A stretch of 64,000 nt of DNA from assembly GCA_904063045.1 (NCBI GenBank), contig CAJFCJ010000007.1:4037404-4101403 (forward strand). The letters run 5' to 3'. The stretch comes from Dimorphilus gyrociliatus. Lineage: Eukaryota; Animalia; Annelida. The translations under genes and the position numbers were made by a program. Of this stretch, positions 46,591 to 58,514 are shown one piece after another. A model generated the notes under the pieces. It ran no database searches. It worked only from the letters and a program-made list of their open reading frames with translations, and was not told the DNA's origin. Positions within the stretch are counted from its first letter, which is position 1, and the number at the start of each line of letters is the position of its first letter.

Positions 46591-49287
46591 ATAAAAAACT
46601 AATGTTTCGACTAGGTGTATGTTAATGTTTGTATGTATGTTGTAGAAAGAAAGAAAGAGGGGAGAGAGAGAGAGACGGACGGGGAGAGAGGGGAAAGACA
46701 AATAAAAAGATTATCGTTTGAACAAATTTTTTCTATCCAAGTCAGATAAGGATAAAAAAAGCTAATGATATAGACAAAAGATCTTCTTTATATATCTTGC
46801 TCTTTGAAGATAAGTTCACATTTAAAGATTATGTAAAAACCCTCAGTGGATAGGCTCCCAGGTGAACAAAAATTAGTTAATTTTATTTGCTGTTCGAATT
46901 TAAAAAGTCAATCCCGGAGCGTCGACTACCCACTAATGATTTTTCCAATTAATTTACTAGGAAGAGGTAGAGTTTTTTCCTCTTTTCTCCACTTTGAATA
47001 AGTTTTGAAAGAAATTTTTTTGTACTCTTTCTCTATTTCAATTTTCTCAATTTATTCTCGTCTCTTTAATTATTTATTTATTTATTTATTAGTTTTACCA
47101 TTCAGGTGAATACATTCATTAAGGCACTTGTATGAGATCATAGGAATTGAACGAAGCCGTGGTTCGAATATCTATAAGCATGAATTATTCAAGTTTTTAA
47201 CCCTGTTATTAGAGAAGAACGTGTAATTGTTTCAATTCTAGTTCGGTGGGATTGATCTCATAGCTGAAGGCGTCCAAATGCATTTGGAATAATCAAGTTT
47301 GAGTCTATCAAGTATTCAGTATATTAGAATATTTATTATCGTGATCACTTTGGAATAACTAATCTTTAAAATTCATAAAAATCTAAAATGATTAGGAAAA
47401 TGCTATTCAAAGAGAAATTTCACTCTCGCTTGTTATTTAAAAAAATAATTACACGCTGACCGTGCTAATCAACCAAAGCAAAGTGGATTTAATTAAAATT
47501 TATAGTCGGTTTGTTTTTTTAAAGAAAAAGTAAGTTAACGATAAGCAATGATAAAGTATAAGATTTCTATTATATTATACAATATTTTTAATATAGTGTA
47601 TGGAAGTTTTTAGGATTCGTTATTGTTTAATATCAGATATTTCTAGTGCAGCTGTGTCTAATCTAACACGAATATATCCTATCCACTTTTACTAAGAGAT
47701 AGAGAGAGAGAGAGAGAAGCGGAGAAAGATAGAATAAAAAAAATGTTCCAAGTTCTTTGTTCCTTTGGAAGAGGCTAAAAGAACTATGAGAATAATGTTT
47801 CTCTTTTATTTTCCCTTTTCACAATTGCAAACAAATTGAAAGTTGATAAGTTAGAGAGAAAATAACCGTTTTATATAAACGTGATAAATTACATACATAT
47901 ATTTAAATATCTACTAACGGAAACTTCTAGTTTTCCTTATTTAACTGGAAAAATGTTGAAAACCGAAAAAGAAAAGGAGAAAGGGAAAAAGAACTAACCT
48001 GTATGTTGTCTATTCCAATAGAATGTTGTTACTCGGCGTCACTTGGCCGTCAAGCGAATGGAAGGTATAATAAAATCAAAAAAGGCGGAGTCGGACTAGA
48101 TGACGTCACCAATACTCTTTTTTTATTATAAATTATTCATCAACACAGCAACAACAGGAAAAAAGTTCAAGTAGAACTCAAATAGCAAGCTTATTATTGA
48201 AATATTTGCGCATGACATTATGTATAGAGATAATTATTAAAACTTTCATAAATAAGACAGTGTATTATACGGTTACTGCTTTCTTTTGTCAATTGCAGTT
48301 TCACCTTTTTAAGTTGAATTTTTAAATGATAATATCTAAAATTCATAAACCAACTGTAGTATATTGCGCAGATAGATAAATAAGTGCGAATTAAAAAGTC
48401 TATCCCCTTAGCTATGCTTTACATTTCTATATATAAAATATATAAACTAGATACAGTCTATATATTCACTTATAAATTTATATAACTGAATGTAGGCTTA
48501 ATGAATGAATAAAAAAAAACAAAACTATCTGTGTGTAACTCAATCGAATGTTTTATTTCTCTCTATTCTAAAACTAATATACTACATACATCACGCAATA
48601 TACTGTTTAAGAGAGCATGATGGACAGAGAATGGTACAGTGTTGTTTTTATAATACATCTTTTATATAAGTGTGTAAGATTGTTCCATATCCTTTTCTCA
48701 CATTCTCCCCGTCGGTGTCAATCTTTCTCTCTCTCTCTCTCTCTCTCTTCCTCCCCCCTGCCTTCTTTTTTTAAAAAACTTTTTATATCAAAAGCTCTGC
48801 TCTATCATTAGAATATTTCTATGTTTTTGTTAAAAAACATAGAAAAAGACGTAAAAATGTCAATATTTTATATAGTTGAAAAAAAAAGAAAATTGCTTTT
48901 CTAATATTTCTTTTATATATTAAAAAAAAGACGATTGTCGAGAAATATTGCAGTATATTATGAATATTTTATAGTGTAATAAGCAGGTGATCAAAAGTGT
49001 TTGCAATTTACCGTTGGCTAATAGATGGCGTTATTTCTTGAAATAACTAAGTACCTTAATAGATAAATAATTATTTGTACTTGTTAAATTTAGAGCAATA
49101 TTTTTTGTAATATCAAAAAAATGATATATTAGCATCTGATAGTGATAAATATAATTAAAAAAAAGAAGTTTGTGACCTCCCTGAAGATGGCGATCAAATC
49201 GCGGGTGATATTGTTCAAAAGGGCCTGTAACAAAGACCTAACCCACGCCGTTTCGATTATAAATTGATTCTTGTATTGATACCAGAA

Positions 49288-50291
49288 ATGAAACGATCGG
49301 AAAGTAAAGTAGGTAGTTAATAATTTAGGAATTTAATTTCATTCATCTATAAATAAATCTTGTTTTCACGATTCAGTTGGCCAACCTCTTAAAACTCGCA
49401 CTTGTCTTCAATATTACCCTATTCATATTCTCTGTAGGAAGATATGTCGGTATTAAGACTAATATAGAACCTGATCCGCCTAAAATACCGGCGATCCGTC
49501 CAGTTCATCATACTTATAAGATTCCAAACATAATCCATTACGTCTGGTACAATGAAAAAGAAAAAGAACTAAAATTCCACCATCTACTTTCAATGCTCAG
49601 CTCTTTTAGGATACAAAACCCAGAAAAGATTATATTTCATACAAATAAAGAGCCAGTGGGAAAATATTGGAATGAGGCTAAAAGACAAATTACAAGCTTG
49701 AATATTAATTATCGTCAACCACCATTGAAATTGTTTGGGGAAGATGTTAAAAAACCCTTGTATTATACATCTCATTCAAACGTAGATAGAGTTAAAATTG
49801 TTCACGAGTATGGAGGTATCTATCTGGACTTGGATACTGTTGTTCTATCGCCCATGGAACCCCTACGTAATTACAGTTGTGTAATAGGACAAGAGCAATC
49901 GGATAAATCGTGCGGTTGCGTTTTCATGTGCGAAAAGAACGCACCATTCCTATCATTATGGTTAAATTCATATTTGGATGATTATAGAATAGAAGAATGG
50001 GCCTATAACTCTGGTAAGGTACCTTGGAAGTTAGCTCGCCGTTATCCGCAGCTAGTTTTTGTTGAAAAAAATAGACTTCTTAAACCAAACTTTAAGCATT
50101 TAGATCAACTATACGGAAAAGTGATAGTTGATTGGACGAAATCTATTACCATGCATCTTTGGTATAGGCTTGCAAAACAGTGGAATTTCCTAAAGGAGGA
50201 TCCTAACGAGGAGAATATTAAATTAATGGATACAACTTTCGGTCAAATAGCACGTTATATATATTTTGATAATTCAACTAGAAATAGATGA
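49288..50291 (+). CDS. Glycosyltransferase family 32 (DXD sugar-binding; A4GALT/A4GNT/OCH1-like), type II membrane protein
   Basis: Exon 1 MKRSESK spliced to a TM anchor (LLKLALVFNITLFIFSVG), then IPNIIHYVW, SNVDRVKIVHEYGGIYLDLDTV and YNSG. Confidence 0.85.
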
Positions 50292-52756
50292 TCTACGACA
50301 TTTTAGGATTTGATAAGAACATAATCAATAGCAATATAATCAGTATAGATAAGAGTAAAATTGTTGATATATACATTTTTATAGTTTCGTCTTTTTTCCT
50401 GTCCGTCTCGTCCCAACAAGGAAAGAGTCTAGGTTTTCTTTCGCTCTCTTTCGTTCTCATCTACATTAATCTTTTCACTCCTGGTTAAAAGAGTTTGTCA
50501 AACGTATTTGGGATAGTTTATACGTCTTTGATCGTAGAAGAAGCTTCTGGAGGGCGTCAAACCATTCAAAGATTGTCTGCTAGATATTGTGTCTTTTATT
50601 GTTTCCTGTTTCTTTTATCTTACGCAAATATATTAATTTATTATATTTTCTAATATATATTTCTATAGTTAATTGTTCACATATCACTAATATATAATTC
50701 ATTCTAAATGTTAGTTTAATTATATACAGTAAAGGAAGATAAACACCATTTTCCCTTGTTTAAAACACTATGTACCAGGTTAAAGCGTTTACATTGTTGA
50801 AATAAGCATCGTAGCCTTTGTAAATATCTATTTGCACTTAATATACTGCTATACTATAAGTTCTTACTAATATATACAGTATATATATACTGTATATATA
50901 ATTTGCAAATAAGGTCAAATGTAGAGGATTCGTTCATTATATATTTCTAATAAGTCATAAATGAGAAGTAAGCATTTTCAGTTTCTCTTGTTAGTATCCT
51001 TATAGAGAGAAGATGAAGTTTTCCATCAATGTAATAAATGTATTTTTAGAGAAAGTGAATTAATGATTTTCAGACGTGAAAATTATTAAAAACATGTCGA
51101 ATTTATTTCCATAATTGCCCTTTTTTCGTTAAAAAACATACTTATATTATAATTTAGTAAATAGTTTTCGGATTAAAGATTTTTACCAAACAGCAAAAAT
51201 CTGAAGATTACATTTAATCTTGATAGGAGAATTAAGCTTAAGCTCTATACGTCAAGGTCTGTATTGAATAATTCAGATTATTCAATTATTTGTTAAAATA
51301 ATGTATTAAAAAGGGAAAAGGAATAAAAAAAGGAAGATTTTGAAGAAAAGTTAAAGAAATATAGAGAAAAAGAGTTTAAATTTCAAAATTTCATAGTTAT
51401 AATTAACCTGTAAGAAATATTTAATAAAGAAATAAATAATAGCAAACGCTGCTTTTTATATATTAAAGATTTAATAATAACAAATAAATGAGTGTTAAAA
51501 AAATTGCAAATTCAATGAAAAATAAGTACCAATAATATAAAATAAGGTAATAGAATACGTGTATATACGTCTAAGACGTCTCTTTGTTTTTACTTAGCTA
51601 TTATGGTTTGGCGTTATTACAATTATTTTTTTTATTTTTAGTCAAGATGTTAGTTGTTATTTAAATAATAAATAATCATCATCATTTCAAGATCTTTTAA
51701 AATTAGTAATATTGTTCCATTATACAGTATATGGTACTTTGTTAGGGAAACTGATTTGAAATTCCATCAGTCGATATTCATTATTAGCTTTTAAGAGAGA
51801 GAAGGTTGTTGTTGTATTTTTCTATAGTGTCTCTATCATTTATAATTGTATCTAGATATTCAATGAATGAATGAAAAATTGCAGAACATACTGTGTGTTA
51901 TTAATTAGCTAATGTTAAGACCACTGAAATCAACTTTACCACCAATTTTCTCAATTACATCTGCAATAATACTTTCATGTTTATACAAGTAAAAATGTTA
52001 AAGGTTACGATTAATTAGACTTCTTTGCAGATTAAAATTGAGCGTCTAGATTGATGAAATATTTAATTAAATGTAATTATTAATTATTTATTTGTTTTAG
52101 GCTTTTTTTGTTTTATCACAAGAAAAATCACATTAAATTTCAATACAACTGTGTAGTTTAGGGAGTTAGTAATGTTTTTAACCTCTAGATGGTGTTATTG
52201 TCATAATTAAAAGTGGGAACACTTAAAGGTTAACATTATGTTCAAGTATCTCTCTTTTGAAAGTAATTGAACCGATAATAATGAATAAAATGTTGTGTTA
52301 TTGTTTTTGTTCTTCTGATTTATTCTGTTTGTCTACACATTTGGGATTTTGGAAAAATGAAAAAGTTTGAGCCTACCTATAACGCTGTTAAAGTTTTCCA
52401 TTATCTTATTTACTTAAAAGCGAGTGGACCTTCTTCTACTGTATTAATTATAAAATATCTGGACAAGCATTTAGGTAAGAAATACAATAGACTAGAGAGA
52501 AAGTATAGAAAACATACATTTTCAGAATAACAGCTAATGAAATAGCATGAAATTGTTATATTTTAATCAACCGTTAGGTGGTGCTTGAATATCGTCTGCT
52601 AAACAGCTTTGTTTTCTAACCGCTATTTTGAAACCTTGTGTAATTTACTTTGTCATTTCATCGTTAAACTGACATTCTACTTTCCATTGGTAAAATGGAC
52701 AAAAATTAGTATTGAATGTGACTTTTAATCGTTCACTTTTCAGGTAATAGAATTTT

Positions 52757-53267
52757 ATGATGGCCACTAACGATAATACAAATAATTCCAAATCATTTTC
52801 CACATCGGAAAATGAAATTCGCCAGATAATTGGGGAAGACTATGCTGGAGATTTGGTAATACTTATTAGCTAGAGTATTTCTTATGTTGTGATTAATACT
52901 AATGAATAATGTATATACTCAGGAAGGATCACAGCTACATGCGGTAGTTCCGAAATTGGATTGTCCTCACTTGAATGAAATCAATGAAGTAGGACCAGAT
53001 GGAATTAATATACAATCTCCATGCCTTGACTGTTCTAATATTGGAGAGAATTGGATTTGTCTGTCCTGTTATAAAGTATATTGCGGTCGATTTGTAAACG
53101 AACATATGCTAATGCACGGAATTGAGAGTAATCACCCACTAGTATTAAGTTTTGCGGATCTCTCAGTCTGGTGTTACAAATGCGATTCGTATATACATCA
53201 CCCTGCTTTACTTCCGGCGAAAAGAGCAGCGCACATCAACAAATTTGGAATTGATATTCATGTTTGA
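52757..53267 (+). CDS. Stand-alone HDAC6-type ZnF-UBP (BUZ) ubiquitin-binding protein, about 147 aa (2 exons)
   Basis: HAVVPKLDCPHL...PCLDCSNIGENWICLSCYKVYCGRFVNEHMLMH...HPLVLSFADLSVWCYKCDSYIHHPALL...AHINKFG matches the HDAC6 C-terminal zinc finger. No deacetylase-domain ORF lies upstream. Confidence 0.85.
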
Positions 53268-53382
53268 ACAGATTAGCAAAAAGCATAATCTCATAATATA
53301 ATATTTTTTAGAAATAGCACCCACATTTTAGTAAAGAAACAATGAAAATATGAAAATTAATAAACAAGTAAAAAAAAAAAAA

Positions 53383-55683
53383 CTAAACAGCAGTATAGTC
53401 TATACGCTCTCTACGTTCGAATGTCGTAACGGATGTATCGTCCGATATAGATACTCTATCTTTCTTTTTCACTCCATGATCTTGAATTGGTACGTCATGC
53501 ATTTCGTTATGTATTAATTCGCTACATGGTATCCAACAGCGAATCTTTTTACCTTCGTGCACTAATGGATAATCATTTGGATGAAATCTTAAGTAGTACA
53601 AGAGCATGAATGTAATTCCAATCCAAAATCCCAATACAACTACTAATAGAGCAGGTAAATGATACGGTAAATCATTGGTTTGACTTGAAATAAACCAAAA
53701 AAATGTAAGGATTAAATTTTCAATATAAACTAATGTATAGAACATTGCGTATCTTAATCTCGTGTGGCCTTCTGTAACATTGAAAAAGCAGTATAAGTGT
53801 ATCCAAGCAACAACAACATCGAAGAAAAACTCTGCACATCTCCTTCGTTCACCCTTCTCGTCTTGGAAAAACGACGTATTTTGATATAAAATCCAAGTCA
53901 GTACTATGACGTAATGAACTCCGCAAAAGACAAAAATGTACCATGTAAATGCTGATGCAAATAAAGCCATTGCCAATACTCTAGTTCCAATTGTAAAATA
54001 ACGCCAACCAAACTGCAAGATAATACCCGGAAAGGCATTTCCGCATTCAGTAACTGATGATTTGCGTTCAGGCTGTGAGATTCTTAAAGCTCTAAAATAA
54101 GCCGTTAAAGACCAAGCCAGAGATCCAATAGAGAGAACAATCGAGAAGAACTGTCCAATCACTGTTTGTTCATTCAAAAAACAGAGAATACAGTTTATTA
54201 GGAAAATATGTTTGTTAGGTTTACTTTAAATTCAAACGGATGGTTGATTAGATCTCAGTTGATTAGCAGGCTAAGCGCATGCGTAAGATAAAAATATGTG
54301 GGATGAAGAGAAATGGGATAAAATTTCATGCATATCCCGTTCACTTACTGGTCAACAACTTTAAATATTCAGACATTTCATTCCTATGTTCTTTTTTAAG
54401 GTAATCATTTTTAATAAAATAACTTTTACTCTTTTTTAAAAAGAAGTTTGAAGAAATCTTTAAAAACTTACTGAAAATCACGTGATCCGTTCCATAAACT
54501 TGAGTTAATACATAAAGCTGAAAAACCAACTGGGGGGCAGATTCAAGAAAGCATTCAAACAATTTCAGCATGCTGGCATCAACATCCTCGTATCTGGGAT
54601 TGGCCGATTGTGAAGGAAAGAAAATGACAATCTTATAAATAATATTAACAAATCACTTACAGCATCATATCTATTGCCCGAAGTCTATCTCTGCCTTTTG
54701 ATCTCCGAGATTTACAACCATAGTAGATAGTATCAATATATCTAAGTGGTTATCAACGTTGTTTAAGTGGAATCAGAGCAAAGTGTACTAAGCAAATATT
54801 ATCTATCATCTTACCTAAGTACCGGTCCGAATTGTAAAATAACGCAAAATATTCTACAAAACCATCTCTTTTTTGATGGTTTCTCTAACTTAATTATTTC
54901 TTCATCTCCACAGATCATTAACTTTTTATAGTCAACATAATACCAATACAATGAAAAAGCTGAGGACACTAAGGAAGGCCCAACGATAAAGATTACTGTC
55001 AGAACAAACCACCAAATCTTTCCGTTCATAAAATACAATACGGCTACAAAAACGTCACTTGCAACATCAAAGAAGTAAAAGAGTATTCCAGTGAGAGAAA
55101 TCAAAAAGTCACAATTTGTAAAGCGTATAGTAGGTAAAGTTGCATGGTGAGGCTCTTTCACACTACTTTCTAATAATGGAACACTACCTGAGGTTGGGAG
55201 TATTAGGCTACTTCTGGGTGTTGGATCAGCAGATGATACGCTTGGGAATCTCTTTAGGCTTTCAAGTGTTCCTTCCTTTGAACTTCTCGTAAAAAATTCA
55301 CCTGCTTCCGCTCCAAGAGAAAGATCTCTTTGATTAACTGAACAACTATCAGTTTCGCTTCCATTCAATTCCAATGAATCTGTTTGTTGGGTTTTTTTCC
55401 CAAAATTTGTCTTTGTTCGCCTAATCTTTGTACCCGGATAGGGAGAACAGTTTGAAGCGGTTCTGGGGGGAAACGAAACGTCACAGAAGACTTCATTCTC
55501 TTCTTCAATAATAGTTTCTTTGATGCTAAAATTCAAGTTTCTCCCATCGGATGCATCTCGAATAGACCTTTTTTTTTCACTTTGTGAGTTGTCTTTATAT
55601 AATTTGGCTAATTTTTCATATTTTTTACACCTTGTTTGAGGTAATTTGGGTAACGGTGGCGCCATTTTACTAGTAAGGATCAT
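53383..55683 (-). CDS. XK-related protein (XKR4/6-like scramblase family; 4 exons)
   Basis: FFDVASDVFVAVLYF, LQFGPVLR|YI, YEDVDASMLKLFECFLESAPQLVFQLY, SLAWSLTAY, TRVLAMALFAS, FNVTEGHTRLR and YYLRFHPN. Confidence 0.88.
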
Positions 55684-55824
55684 TAAATTTTATAAGTAAG
55701 AGCAAATAAATCAAAAAATTCCAATAATTATTTCTTACACATATCACGCTTGTAATTATAAATAGTAATCATTCCATATTCTTAAAATAACAATTGTTGA
55801 AGTGTAGAATATATGCTCCCCAAA

Positions 55825-55867
55825 GTCACGTGACAATTTTGTATTCGCAAGTACACAAATCACATGA
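55825..55867. promoter_or_regulatory. CLEAR-type palindrome GTCACGTGAC plus a second E-box (TCACATGA) upstream of the cathepsin gene
   Basis: Exact GTCACGTGAC at 55825-55834 and TCACATGA at 55860-55867, within the 180-bp divergent promoter. Confidence 0.65.
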
Positions 55868-58286
55868 TCATGGCTTTCGGCAGATTAGTTCTATGTTCAG
55901 TTCTTTCAATTTTTTGTAAGTTTTCTTGTTATTTCTTACAAGTTTAATATTGCTTTAGTTAGATTGATATTTAATGAATTAAATAGAGAGTTTGTAGAAG
56001 TATTGCTTTAATATATTGCAGTTTTGAGCACTGTTGACGGGCGTAAAGAGCCGCCATCATGGCAAGAAAAAAGTTATGCTGTAAATGGCTATTTACAACT
56101 TCCTTATGCAGAGATCAAAGAGCCATTTGCTGCTCATTACGATGCTAAAAATAGGAAAAGTCGCATTGACTATTACGGTAAAAATTTTCTTGTCTTATCT
56201 CTTGTTTTTGATCTTCTTTGTTTTTGATAGATACTGTCAAGACCATACAAATAGGAGCCAATGACGAAAACAACTATGGTGTAAGCTATAAAATAGCTCC
56301 AATGACAACTTACAAGGTAAGAATTTTACAAAACTAAAAAAAGATCAATTAACATTCTTATTTTATTTAGGTACTCAACAAGAACACCTGTTTTCAAATA
56401 TCTGGAACAAAAGACGCGCCAATAGCACCTCAAAGTGTTCTACCGGATTTGACAAACTACACAGTAATAAACATAAGATAATATTTAATATTGAAAAATA
56501 TAGTAAGAGAGTACTAATTAATTTAATCAACTACATAGTTTATGGGTACGGAAATGAAAAATGGTTTAAGCTGTGACAAATGGCAATACACATATTACTA
56601 TGAGAAGAGTCAAAAGAAAAATGTTAACACCATGTGGGCTCACAATGCTGGTAAGCGACTTTAATACTATAATAACATCCGATTGATTGTAAAAATACTA
56701 TTAATAAATTATTTAGGTGGCAATAAATACAATCCAGTTTTTTATGAAATGATGGGATATGATAATATATTTGGTTCACATTACGATAAATATTATGTAT
56801 CTTATGAAAATTTTGACGATCATGGTGAAATTCCAGCCAGCGTTTTTAATATATCGATTATTGGTTTGTATCGAATTGCAGTTTTTTTAATGTATATTCT
56901 ATGTATTTTTGTGTTTCAATAGCCAAGGAATTGACTTGTGGTGGATTTCCCGGACCTGGCAGTGAAAAAGAAGGGCATATATTGTTTAATCCTATGAAGG
57001 AATATATTAATAATTATGATGAACACGTTGATCATTTATTTAATATATTCAAGAAGAAACACGGAAAAAAGTACAGTCATCCACATGAACATGAAGAGAA
57101 AAAACATATATTTAGACAAAATTTGAGGTAAAATTTTTTAATAAATGCTTACTAAATTTTTAATTAATTATATACCTATGTCCATAGATATATTCATTCA
57201 ATGAATCGGCAAGGATTAACTTTTAATTTAGCTGTTAATCATTTTGCTGATCGGATTAAGAGTGATTTAAAATTTTTAAGAGGAAAATTATATACACCTG
57301 GATCAAATGGTGCTTTACCGTACGATAAGAAAAGATACGAGACTGTCAAAGATTTACCTAAAGATTTCGATTGGAGGATACCAGGTAAACAAAAGGATTT
57401 CAATAAAATCAGTATCAAATTAATTTGATCGATTAATTATATAGTATTTGTAATGTATAATTTTAATTTTAGGTGCCGTTACACCTGTTAAAGATCAATC
57501 AATTTGTGGTTCTTGCTGGAGTTTTGGTACAACTGGTACGATTGAAGGCGCTCACTTTCTTAAGACAGGTCGTCTTGTATCTCTTTCCCAGCAAGTTTTA
57601 GTCGATTGTTCTTGGGGTGAAGGTAATAATCATACGAAATTTCGTTAATATAAATTTAAGGATAGTTTGTAGATATACAATAATGTGTTCTAATAATGTA
57701 AATGTTTATCTAGGAAACAATGCTTGTGACGGCGGGGAAGACTATAGAGCCTATCGCTGGATCATTAAAAATAACGGTATTCCAACATCTGATTCATATG
57801 GTGCTTATAAAGGAACTGATGGAAAATGTCATTCAAAGTCGCCCGGACTTGAAATTGGAGCAAAAATTAAAAATTACGTAAATGTCACTGCTTATGATGT
57901 TGAAGCATTAAAAAAGAGCTTAGTCTCACAAGGACCAATATCTATTGGTATTGATGCTTCTCACAGAAGTCTTTCTTTCTACTCTCACGGAGTTTACAGC
58001 GATCCCAAATGCGGTTTGTTTAATTAATTACTATAACAATTCCTTTTTATTCATCTTTTTCCTAATTAAAAAATCATTTCCTTTCTATTTTCCATTAGGC
58101 AATAAACCAGAGGATTTAGATCACGCTGTATTATTGGTTGGGTATGGTACGTTGGATGGTAAAGACTATTGGTTAATTAAGAATTCCTGGTCTACCTACT
58201 GGGGTAACGATGGTTACTTTTTAATGGATCAAGCTAAAAATATGTGCGGTGTTACTACTTCTCCTACTTTTGTAATAGTGGACTGA
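55864..58286 (+). CDS. Papain-family cysteine protease, 26/29-kDa proteinase (counting factor-associated protein D) type
   Basis: Signal peptide, N-terminal 26-kDa domain ([30 protein letters not shown]), I29 prodomain (IFRQNLR|YIHSMNR...AVNHFAD), and catalytic [20 protein letters not shown] and YWLIKNSW. Confidence 0.92.
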
Positions 58287-58380
58287 TTATAAAAGCACTT
58301 GAATAATAAAGAATTAATATTTTTCTTTGCAGTTTTCACTTATTTTAAAGTCATTTTTTTTATAAATCGTATATACAGTA

Positions 58381-58475
58381 TATAAATTATATATACTAAT
58401 ATATATATATATATATATATATAAATATATATATATATAAATATATATATATATAAATTTACATATATATATATG
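58381..58475. repeat. Imperfect (AT)n tract between the convergent cathepsin and IR genes
   Basis: Directly visible. Confidence 0.9.
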
Positions 58476-58514
58476 CTATAATTAATACATTTTATCCTAA
58501 AACAACAAGCGACT

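Noticed and set aside
47120-47140. Adjacent TAAGGCAC (miR-124 5' end) and TGAGATCA (bantam 5' end)
   Set aside because: Only 8-9 nt match, with no hairpin and no known 3' UTR on the opposite strand; such pairs are expected by chance in 64 kb.
47141-47180. GGTTCGAAT resembling a tRNA T-loop or B-box
   Set aside because: No cloverleaf, acceptor stem or A-box around it.
50288-50488. ORF overlapping the GT32 stop (ATGA)
   Set aside because: AT-rich, low-complexity 3' UTR translation with no homology cues.
52357-52762. Spliced upstream ORF whose TGA overlaps the ZnF-UBP ATG (ATGATG)
   Set aside because: Depends on an unverified junction (52474>52744); the peptide has no features and is not HDAC-like; likely chance.
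7522-53267. Apparent cluster of ubiquitin-system genes (KLHDC3, USP8, ASB, ZnF-UBP)
   Set aside because: They are scattered among unrelated genes, and ubiquitin-system genes are common enough for this to be chance.
54276-54285. NRF1-like GCGCATGCGT inside an XKR intron
   Set aside because: Imperfect single site with no associated TSS evidence.
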